Assembly (NCBI GenBank): GCA_000091205.1
Contig: AP006483.2
DNA: 64,000 bases
Direction: 5' to 3' (one strand)
Origin: Cyanidioschyzon merolae
Lineage: Eukaryota
The position numbers and the translations under genes are program-made. Under the pieces are notes generated by a model. It was not told the DNA's origin and made no database searches. It was given only the letters and a program-made list of their open reading frames with translations. The first letter of the stretch is position 1. Each line of letters begins with the position of its first letter. Positions 55,214 to 64,000 of the stretch are shown here, piece by piece.

Positions 55214-56720
55214 CAGAACGCCTGAGGAAGCTGCGCACTGCGCGGAGCGCGCGTTTCAAATTCCCGGGTGCGACGCAGTACGCAAGAAGCGAAAACGCTT
55301 CTCTTCTGTGTATATCGACCCGCAGATACATTCCCGTCTCCCTGGACCGACCCTTTGCTATCGGTTTCATCTTCTCCGTGTCCATTTCAGGCCTGAGAGG
55401 CTGCACCACAAAATTAAGATCGCCTCAGGTCCTCGGGTCTCGGCCTCAGCACCACATATCTTCTTATATGGATAGCAGCGGTAAAGTCTCGGTTCACGAA
55501 CGCCGTGTGTTTATTGCCGCGGCCGCTTGAACTGGCAAGTGCAAGGAGTCCCGGAACGCATGCTTTCAGTCCCATTTGCTGTTCGGTTGGCTCTCTGCGC
55601 GTTTCTAGTGCCGGAGCACTCCGCTGACTTTTCTCCATCTCGATCGTCTGAAGTGCACTCGCTGGATCATCCCTTGGTTGTTTTACTTTTGAAAATGAAA
55701 GCAGTTATTGATGCCCCTAGCTTGAGACCTATTCGGAAGGGGAATCACTTGTGCAGGGAAGAGGATACATGCCCCGGTGTGTCGTCGTGTGCTGAACGCT
55801 TCAGCGATTCACTCAGTGGAGCGATCACTCCGAATCAGGACTGAAAGCACCCCTTCGATGTCGCTGGACCGCCGAGCGTATGGAGGAGTGATAAGCAGCC
55901 CAAATCCGATAAAAGTCGCAAAAGCTCAAAGGCGAAGGCAATGGTGAAATACCACGTTGTCTAATAGAGGGGCGTCGCGAGACGTCAGGCGGAAAGTCTT
56001 CAACGATTTGGCAAATTGGGTGCTGTTGTGTTTGCCCTCCCTGCCAACTAAACTGAGGCGGTCAAATGAAGCTACTGCAGTTCGACTAGATGAGGATACC
56101 TTCGTTCTCTTCGAGTTCCATCGCACATACCACAGGCGCCCTGCTTCGCGAATACCCATATACGCTCCGAATGTTTCGCCCGGGGGAAGTCTCAACAGCT
56201 GAAAAAGAAAAGAAACCGACGTCCCTGTGCCTTTAACCGATCGCGACGTTCCAGGAAGGCTGTCGCCGTGATTTCGGTTGAAGATGGCTATGCTTGAACT
56301 AGGACTGTTTATGCGACAATATCCCTGTGGTTTGAGGACTATATGAACAAGCTGTTGAGAAACAGAGGTGCACACTCTGGCTGCGATCGTCGCTTTTTGC
56401 TTTCCGTACGTTGATCAACTAGTCGTTCTCTACCATTGACCGCAAGCAGTCTTTGACAATACCAGTTTCGCCGCAGAGCGCATATCCTTGTTACTTTCAG
56501 AGTCCCTCAAGCATCGGAGTAACGTGGTATGTCGTATCTGCAATCGGAATGCAGTCCTCCTTGCACTGTCCAGTACAGAATATATCCTGCAGGCAATTCT
56601 TCTACGATCTATGCTATACAGCGCATCGTGATTTTCATCTCCAGCTATTCACCACAGCGGAGGAAGTGAAACCGAATTGACTTACAGACTGAAACGGCGA
56701 TCTAGGATCCCTAGCAGCTC
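55193..56720 (-). mobile_element. Copy D of the TnpB/Fanzor-like element (~1.53 kb); degenerate.
   Basis: Reverse complement aligns along its length with copy C. ORF 55414-55638(-) ends ...FVNRDFTAAIHIRRYVVLRPRPEDL (RuvC-III at 55454-55480). ORF 55926-56375(-) is the N-terminal homolog of 13936-14685. Confidence 0.6.
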
Positions 56721-57776
56721 CAAGAGACACATAACTCCGCACCCGTGCGCATCGCCGTAGATTGTATACCTGCCGACATTCGCTCCGTGTGACTGGATAG
56801 CACTTTTCACCGCTTGGAGCGTCGTAAGCGTATGTCGGGCTCGAGCAACGGTCGTTTACAGGCAAGTGAAGCACCTATAGCCAAGTCGGCTGTACTGTAC
56901 GCAGCCGCTAAAGAAATTGGTATGCACTGCCGCGAGGAAAACCAGAGTTTTCTCCAGTGCAAAGCAGTCGAGTCCGATCCTGCCAAATGTTTCGAAAAAG
57001 GGAGATCTGTGCAAAGGTGTGTTCTGGAACTCCTGATGAGTTTGAACACGACCTGTCCACAGCAGTTTGAGGCATATGCACGATGTCTGGATGAGCAGAG
57101 TGCACCCTCGTACGCTTTTGAACGCTGTCGACGGCAGGAGGCGGCCCTGGTAGACTGCCGTCAGGCAGGGACGCTTGATAAACAGCGCGTGGAGAGCCAC
57201 GAGGTGCTTCTTCGAGAGTGAGAAACCGATTCGTGGTGTTCCGAGTCATGCACGTCGTGGAGGTCTGTGGCGAAAGCCAGTGAAGGCCAAAAAACGCCGA
57301 CGCTTCAACAAGCGCAGTTGCAGAGGCGAGGTTCTCCGTCGATATTCGTTCGTCCTAGTTGTACACTGCGTGACGCTTTTGCGCCCGACGATCCGGTTCC
57401 AATCTAGTGGTAAAGTTGTTCGGGCATGCCCGTGCCTATGCGTCTCTTCAGGTCCGTCAGAGAGCTTCTCAGGAAATCCCGACTGCTGAATGGCTTCCAC
57501 CTTGTCACGATTTGAAGCTCACCGTATGTTCGCAACCACCAACGACGCTCTCTGGGCGTTGAGCGTCGTTTCGGAGTGGCCCAGCGTGCAATACTTTGGC
57601 CACTGACGCTGGATACCGACCTCTCGTGGAACTGGTCGCGAGACGCCAGTATCCATGCATTGCTGCAGTGACCGAGAGGCAATCGATATGACTCTGGATC
57701 CAATGATCCCTGTGTTTTAGGTTTTGTTTCAAGCTACCCGACCGGTGAACAGAGGTGCACTGCTGGTTCGTCGCGC

Positions 57777-60764
57777 TCAGTGTAGCTCACTCGCAGCGTC
57801 CAGACTGCTTCGTTGCAGCTCGCGCACTTGCTCGGCGCTCGATGCCTGCTGGCTTCCATTCAGGGCACCGGGATTAGCGCTCGATGTTGTTGGACTCTGG
57901 GAAACGTCCAGCGCTGCGACTGCGCTGCTCAGCTCCTGAGAAGACTTTGCTGCTCTGCTTTCGACCTCGGACACTGATGTTGGACACTCGCCTGTTTGGA
58001 CGCATTGCTCTAGCGCGATGCCCTCTTGAATCGGCGCAAAGGCACAAACACTCTGGATCCAGAGCTGAACCATTTCAAACACAGATATATTCACGTACAG
58101 AAGGAGCACGCGCAGGTGCAGTGCGCGACTTCCCAACGATCGGTCTATTTTCGCGGCCTCTTCAGGGTGGCAGTACGCTCTGATGCTTCGGAGAAACGCA
58201 CTCGCGCTCAGGTATGCCCAGCTGTCTTCTTCCACTGGCGTTATCGCGGATCGAAACGTAATCGCAACACCGCGACAGTTCCGTTCGAGATAGTGAGGCG
58301 AAGGGAATGCAAAGAGAAGTATCGGAAAATGGACCACCGTTGCGTCGGCGTGCTCGTCTGAGGCCCCTTCTGGAATCACTGTGGTGCTGATACGGATGAT
58401 GGGACCACCAAGTTCCCAGTCAAGAATATGTTCCATTTTCAACGGATATTCCGGAGGCAAACACTTTTCCATGGCGAGTGCCATTTCCCTGCGAACGGTA
58501 TCCATGAAACGATCTCGCGGAGGCTTTGTATCCGCGGCGTTCATCTCAAGCAACCCCGGAAGAAACGTCTTTGCATCTGTTTGCTTTCCATCTGGCTCAC
58601 GTTCAGCTACGAAACAACTCGCAGTCTTGCGCTCCGCACCTGGGACCGTATCCATGGAGGGCTTGCTTTCCGTTTTCACCGCAACCACGTTGCCGTGCTC
58701 ACCCAGAAGCGTGACAATCTTCGGCATAATCGTTGGTGTCTGTGCTGGTGATTGATTTGAAGACACCGTAACCGCTTCAAAATTGGTCTTCAGGAGCTCG
58801 GAGTCACCGCCAGTTGCGGTGACACCGGAAGTTGGCAACACGCCACCTTCTCGCCTGGTGGCTGCGTTACCAGATGGGGCGCCATATCCCAACGACTGCA
58901 TCAGCCCCGCATTCAAAGACGAGTCGGACGACATGACCAGAGCGGCTCCAGCTCGATTCGGTTCTGAGTGTGGTGCTCGGCGAACATCCGCCGGCGTGGC
59001 GCTACGCAACGCATGCGGCTTGTTCGAGTCAACGGCGTCTCCGACCAAGAGGGATGCGGGGCTCTGTCCTCCCACATGCAAGTGCCCGTCTCTTTCAGTG
59101 GATAGGAACACTCTGGCGTTTGTCGACGCGTCCGACGGTGCAGGAGGCGCGGCGGCATTGCCGCAGAATCCTGCGGTGGAGACCTCGGTAGCAGTGCGGC
59201 CGGGAACAGCCGTCTGGAAAGTGGGCGCGGTGCCCTGTGCCCGTCGCTCCGTACGCCGTAAAGTGCTGGACGTGCTCCGACTGCGTCCTGCTACATCTTG
59301 AAGAAGCGCCACCCAGCGCTGCACATAGCTTCGCGCCCGCTGGATCTCGGCAAGCGTCGGGTATCGTGTGCTCGTGAGGGTACTGGGGTTCATCTGAATC
59401 AAATTCAAGACCGCTTGGATGTTCTCCATATGTCGTTCCCGGAGGAAAGGATCGGTCTGTTTTTGCAGCGCAGTGCGTATGATGCCCAACGCACCTCGAA
59501 ATACCTGACCCTCCCGGGCCTGGAAGTCAGCGAGCTCCGCAAAAATTCGCGTAGGCGACTCGTGCACTTCATTTTCCATAGCATGTCCAGATAATGGACG
59601 AGTCATATTCGGGCTTGCAGCAAAGAGGGTTTCCGGTGCTCCAACCGAGATTGATCGTCTTAGATTTGGGCTTGACATTTGCGCGGAAACGCTTGCAGCA
59701 GCCATCGAAAGCGATTTCGAGATTGCGTAGCGTGCAGCTGCCTCACGGGCAGCATTCAGTGCAGCAATAAAGCGCACATACAGGACTTCGCGCTGTGCCG
59801 TGCCGACAGCCATCGCTGCTGCAAAAGCAGCAAAGACGATAGGGTCGTTCGGAAAGACTTGCGCCAGCCTTTCAATCACATGCGGTGGCAGCGCACCAAA
59901 TCCATGCGCCCGAAGCTCTTCAGGCATCTCTTGGTACGCGTCAAGAACTGTCCGAATGACCTCTTTCTGCTGTGGATTGAACAGATTCGGTGCCAAAGGT
60001 GTGTTGGCTCGTTTGAAATTCGTCGTCGATCCACTGATTCTGCCGCCAATCGGCGCTGCACCGGTTGCCGTTCCATCTGTGCGGGAAACCTGGGCGATCT
60101 GGGCAGCTCGTGCCCCGTCCACAGAAGAAGAAACCGAGAATGAGCATGGAGAACGCTCATTGTCTGCTGGCGGAGCAGACTGCACAGATTGCACGCGAGC
60201 TTCCATTCCAAACGGAATACTCGTCATGCTCTGTGTTCGTGGTGGCCGCGTCTCACGCACAGTCGGAGCAGACGAATTCGAGCAGGCGCTCCTGGCTCGC
60301 TTTCGCTGCTCGTCGAGCTGCACTTCCGTCGCGTCCACCGGGTGCTCTTGCCACTCGTTCAAACGTCTAGGTAGAGGCGCCATCAGTAGTGTATCTGATG
60401 ACGCCTGAGCCGGTTGCTGCTTCGCCGGCCTAGAGGCTGGTGCACCCTGTGGCGCCTCAGCGTGGCCGCCCACAGCGCGTTCAGCATTCTGCAGACCAAC
60501 CGCTATGCGATGAAGGTACTCCTGCTGGGATGACGCTCGCGCAAACTCACGCTCCTCAAAGGTAACCGAACGGGCCCACAAGTCCTTCTCCGAGACGCCC
60601 TCAACGAGCGCTGCAAGGCGAGTGAAAATATGTTTCTGTACGCTAGCCCGCTGCTGCGGAGTTAGCGACTCTCGCCAGTTTCGCGACGCGTCTGCAGACA
60701 TCACAAGCCGGCCTAGCCACAAAACTAGCAGGTTTACTCCTGAAGCGGACTTCAAGAATCGCAC
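57777..60764 (-). CDS. Mediator subunit MED15 (Gal11)-like protein with an N-terminal KIX domain and long Q/A/S/P-rich regions.
   Basis: N-terminus NWRESLTPQQRASVQKHIFTRLAALVEGVSEKDLWARSVTFEEREFARASSQQEYLHRIAVGL follows the MED15 KIX pattern (WR...QR...I...L...FEE..Y..A.SQ.EYL..I). Extended low-complexity regions are typical of MED15. Confidence 0.5.
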   Translation of the reverse strand: MRFLKSASGVNLLVLWLGRLVMSADASRNWRESLTPQQRASVQKHIFTRLAALVEGVSEKDLWARSVTFEEREFARASSQQEYLHRIAVGLQNAERAVGGHAEAPQGAPASRPAKQQPAQASSDTLLMAPLPRRLNEWQEHPVDATEVQLDEQRKRARSACSNSSAPTVRETRPPRTQSMTSIPFGMEARVQSVQSAPPADNERSPCSFSVSSSVDGARAAQIAQVSRTDGTATGAAPIGGRISGSTTNFKRANTPLAPNLFNPQQKEVIRTVLDAYQEMPEELRAHGFGALPPHVIERLAQVFPNDPIVFAAFAAAMAVGTAQREVLYVRFIAALNAAREAAARYAISKSLSMAAASVSAQMSSPNLRRSISVGAPETLFAASPNMTRPLSGHAMENEVHESPTRIFAELADFQAREGQVFRGALGIIRTALQKQTDPFLRERHMENIQAVLNLIQMNPSTLTSTRYPTLAEIQRARSYVQRWVALLQDVAGRSRSTSSTLRRTERRAQGTAPTFQTAVPGRTATEVSTAGFCGNAAAPPAPSDASTNARVFLSTERDGHLHVGGQSPASLLVGDAVDSNKPHALRSATPADVRRAPHSEPNRAGAALVMSSDSSLNAGLMQSLGYGAPSGNAATRREGGVLPTSGVTATGGDSELLKTNFEAVTVSSNQSPAQTPTIMPKIVTLLGEHGNVVAVKTESKPSMDTVPGAERKTASCFVAEREPDGKQTDAKTFLPGLLEMNAADTKPPRDRFMDTVRREMALAMEKCLPPEYPLKMEHILDWELGGPIIRISTTVIPEGASDEHADATVVHFPILLFAFPSPHYLERNCRGVAITFRSAITPVEEDSWAYLSASAFLRSIRAYCHPEEAAKIDRSLGSRALHLRVLLLYVNISVFEMVQLWIQSVCAFAPIQEGIALEQCVQTGECPTSVSEVESRAAKSSQELSSAVAALDVSQSPTTSSANPGALNGSQQASSAEQVRELQRSSLDAASELH

Positions 60765-61908
60765 CCGCAGCCGTCTCTACGAAAAGAAAACAATCCTTTT
60801 CTTGGCAGCGAAACGAGTCCTCTACAAAACGCCGCGCTCGCCGCAGCACACCAAAATCCAAGCAGCAGCTCGCAGCACACGCCTAAAACACACCGGAAAA
60901 CAGGAAATCAATGTCAACAGGGTATGCACGAAGCACGATGGAAATAGATCCTGCAAACCCGTGCCGAAAAGTGCGACCACAGCTCTCGGGCTCTGCAGCT
61001 GGCAAGCAACCCGAGGTAGCGGTGCTGGCGGCCGTCGGCCGGTATGCAACTTCACCGCCTCAGCGATGCAGGTAGATCGGCAGCAGCGATGGCGCTCGCG
61101 CCGTTGAGGGTGCCCGCGCGCGCCCGCATCGGATGCGCGTGCCGCAGGTGCCGCGTGAGATCGCCACGCCGAGGCGCGTGCGCGCGCGCCCTGGGAGATG
61201 CCGGCTGATTTCGCGTTTCTCCATGAGCAGGTTTCCGACAGAGCAGGGGTACCAGATGATGTGATGGATCGCGGCGCTCGGGCGAGCATCTGTCTTTCTA
61301 GATACCTCCAAGTTCTATGATTTGTGCTTGCTCGTAAAGAGAATGGTTATTTTTTGCGGCCCATTGTTCGCTGAGCTTGTCCGGTTTGGTGATCGGCGGT
61401 ATGCGAAACCGGGTCAGATGAACACGGAGCAGTGGACAGCTCGTTATGTTGTTGCGTTGAGATTTGTTTGCGTTCGTTTTTTGGGTGTGCAGCCGCGGTA
61501 GTACAAGAGCGGCAATGGGGGCTTACGGATTGGTACGTGGTTTGAAGATTCCTGGGTGTCGTTTCCGAGAGGTTGCATCGATGCTTTTCTGCTGGGATTC
61601 GGCACGGCGTCGGAATCAAGATCATTCGCGATGCCCTCGAAAAAGAGTTCGTCAAATAAGCGGTACCAGTATCCAATTTATAAGTGCAAACTTCAATTCT
61701 GATGCTTTCCGGATGTAAAGCATGGTCCAATCTTGCATTCTGCGAGTTCTCGACCTCTCTGGTACAAGGCAACTCGGATTCGCAGCCATTCGCACAGCTC
61801 GATCGACGCGGCGAAAAGCCCGAGGTCGACCCCTGCAGGCCTCTGCAGGTGCTCCTGCTGAAAGCGCACTGAACTCGTCACGGCAAATCATCGATTTCGT
61901 TTGGAAGA

Positions 61909-62046
61909 CGAATTCTACTGCTTTTACAGTTATTGACGATGCTGTACTCCACATCGGCGTGGTACCTCTCACAGGGACGAATTCTACTGCTTTTCCAGTT
62001 ATTGACGATGCTGTACTCCACATCAGCGTGGTACCTCTCACAGGAT
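61909..62046. repeat. Tandem duplication, 2 x 69 bp (~96 % identical). In-frame within ORF 61722-62597(+).
   Basis: cgaattctactgctttt(a/c)cagttattgacgatgctgtactccacatc(g/a)gcgtggtacctctcacagg occurs twice. Confidence 0.85.
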
Positions 62047-62677
62047 ATGCATTCAGAAGCTTTCGCCTCTTGTATTTGCATAGAGAAAGGTATTGGACGC
62101 GGACTCGAATCATCGGAGCGAACGCTTCCAGCGGAGCATGCGTCGCCGCTTTGTACCGAGGGAGCGTAACAAGATCGGAAATTTCGCGACTTGATCTGCA
62201 GTCTGGATTCTCTTTCTGGTACTTGTCTCGTCATGGGCAGTATCGCTTTGCAACAATCCTTATTCGAATGGAACAGCGTGGCCTTGCGCATGGAGCAGAA
62301 AAAGTCCTCGACGAGTGCAGCATCCAGAGGAATACCGCTATGGTCAGGTACGACACCTCGTGCGGAATCCTCGGAAGGCATCGAGCAAACTCTGGTTTGC
62401 CAGTCAAGGGCATATATCTAGCTATGAAAGAAGGGTTCACGTGCCACAGGTCGGCGCCCGGACGTACAGATGAGGTGCAACTATGGGAAACCTTACCAGA
62501 GCCAGGTGCCGCCGCTCCGATAGGCACGCCGAGCCTCTATACGAAGGATATGAAAAAGGCAAGCGAAGCGGAGAGTGTAACTACCGCCTCTGCATGAAAT
62601 GTGTGCGCACAGCTGAAAGCGGCGAAATCATGACTTTAATCCTGCAACCAACATTCTCCGACTGCTGACTGCGGAGC

Positions 62678-64000
62678 TGGAGGAACAGTTGCGACCGGAG
62701 AATTTACAGCCGGAGATGTGCTCAGTGGAGGCGAAACGTTTCGCAATCCTAGAGTGCGAATGTATATGCGCAACTTCAGACGGCTCACAGCTTTTTTTCG
62801 ACCGCCCCCCTGGTATCAATTTCAGCTTCTCCTTGTACACTTTTAGCCTGAGAGGCTGCTCCACAAAGATGGCTCGCGTCAGCTCCTGGGGTCTCGTCTT
62901 CAGCACCGCGAATCGTCTGATATTGATGGCAGCATTGAAGTCTCGGATCACGGACTCCATGCGTTTCTTGCCGCTGTTTAAAAAAACTAATCCAATTAGT
63001 ACTCGTGCTCCTGCCCTCTTTGCCACTGCAGTTTCGTCATCGTCCCGTCGGGCGACCACCTTTTCTCGCCTATCTCTACGCTTCTTCTTCTCTTTGATCT
63101 TCGTCGCCTGCTCTTTTTCTTTCGGTGGTCGCCGAGAAGAGGATTTTTCGATTCTTTTCATGCAGCCGGCAATGACGGCCCTGCAGGATCCCCAACTTGA
63201 CTGTCCCTACTTTTCCCTTGGGATTTTTATGTTCAAAATTGAACGCACTTCGAGCTGGTCTGCTGGAAACCGCGAAAACGCATTTCATTCCACGCACGTG
63301 GGCGTAATACACAATTGAGTCCAACGACTGTCATCGAGGAGGGCTCGTCCAGCTTCTCTCTCGATAACTTGCCTCGTCAGGCGGCAGGTTGCAGGAGTTC
63401 CAGATGCAAGGCTGCCAGGTGTCCCCATTCGTTTGGAATTTTCGATGAATTCTTCGTGCGCCAACTCATCTGGTGCACTGGACAGAATATGGAACATGGC
63501 TTGATCGAAGAATCAGAAACGTGCGCACAGGCTTTCCCGAGCACCTTGAGATGTTGCCGCGCATCGTCGGCGATTGGAACCTGTGAAGCGCCCGTTGCCA
63601 AAAAGCATCAATTCGGGGAAAGAAACTCATCTCCAACCGACCTGGATAGATAGAGAAGAAAACGTTTTCTGTGAGCGTGAATCTCGGCTTGAGGAATCTC
63701 GTGGCTGCCGAGGTACTTGGCAATCAAGAGGACGGAGCCAAAGAACGCAACGGAAACGAGACGAAGGCGCCGAACATTTCCCTGACTTGGTATCAACGAG
63801 TCGGCCATGCTGGACGCTTCAAGAGATGCCAACGACAGGAATGACGGTTTCAGGACTATTACTGAACCGCTGCGCACCCTGTCGAGCAGAGACGATCGCG
63901 TTGTTTGCTTTATTCAGGGCGTACAAGAGACCGCGCTTGGGTAGCCATCGGTTTCTGTTGTACGGAGACAAGACGCGGGCATTCGTCAACTTGTGCAATG
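62678..64000 (-). mobile_element. Copy A of the TnpB/Fanzor-like element; its 5' portion is truncated by the window end.
   Basis: ORF 62628-63161(-) contains the best-preserved RuvC-III, ...VIRDFNAAINIRRFAVLKTRPQEL (62919-62946). Upstream ORFs 63285-63877(-) match the N-terminal parts of C and D (SLASLEASSMADSLIPSQG versus SLAVLGAVDSFGGLGFARSQG). Confidence 0.6.

Overview
This window is eukaryotic nuclear DNA, GC-rich (about 55-60 %), intron-poor and gene-dense. An oomycete- or stramenopile-like protist is plausible, but that taxonomic guess is inference only.

It contains 12 recognisable protein-coding genes, mostly on the minus strand:
- a partial MTR4-type exosome helicase at the left edge, which the ORF track omits because it runs off the window
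- a STAR/KH RNA-binding protein
- a class I/II aminotransferase
- a DH-PH RhoGEF
- an AMPK-beta-type CBM48 protein
- an intronless 40S ribosomal protein S2 (RPS2)
- an alpha/beta hydrolase
- a MED15/KIX-like protein
- a 1423-aa HEAT-like solenoid protein
- three large or unassigned ORFs (1058, 544 and 412 aa).

The most notable content is a repeat family present in four copies (here A-D). Copies C (about 13810-15377, +) and D (about 55193-56720, -) are about 1.5 kb. Copy A (62678 to the window end, -) is cut by the window. Copy B (about 33560-34195, +) is a 5'-truncated fragment. The degenerate ORFs carry a C-terminal R-D-F-N-A-A-I-N-I motif, the TnpB/Fanzor/Cas12 RuvC-III signature. Upstream lie plausible RuvC-II (F-E-D-P-G-G) and RuvC-I (S-G-D) remnants. 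The expected zinc finger is replaced by a Lys/Arg-rich linker in every copy. All copies are pseudogenised. Two of them end exactly at the first ATG of co-oriented host genes.

Other structure:
- near-identical 0.82-0.87 kb direct repeats flank RPS2, 2.72 kb apart
- a second dispersed family (P1-P3) of about 120-140 aa Cys-containing small ORFs shares a conserved 5' flank
- one P copy abuts a 185 bp x3 tandem array built from that flank
- several young tandem duplications (77, 69 and 136 bp units) and microsatellites are present.

No rRNA, tRNA or CRISPR was found.
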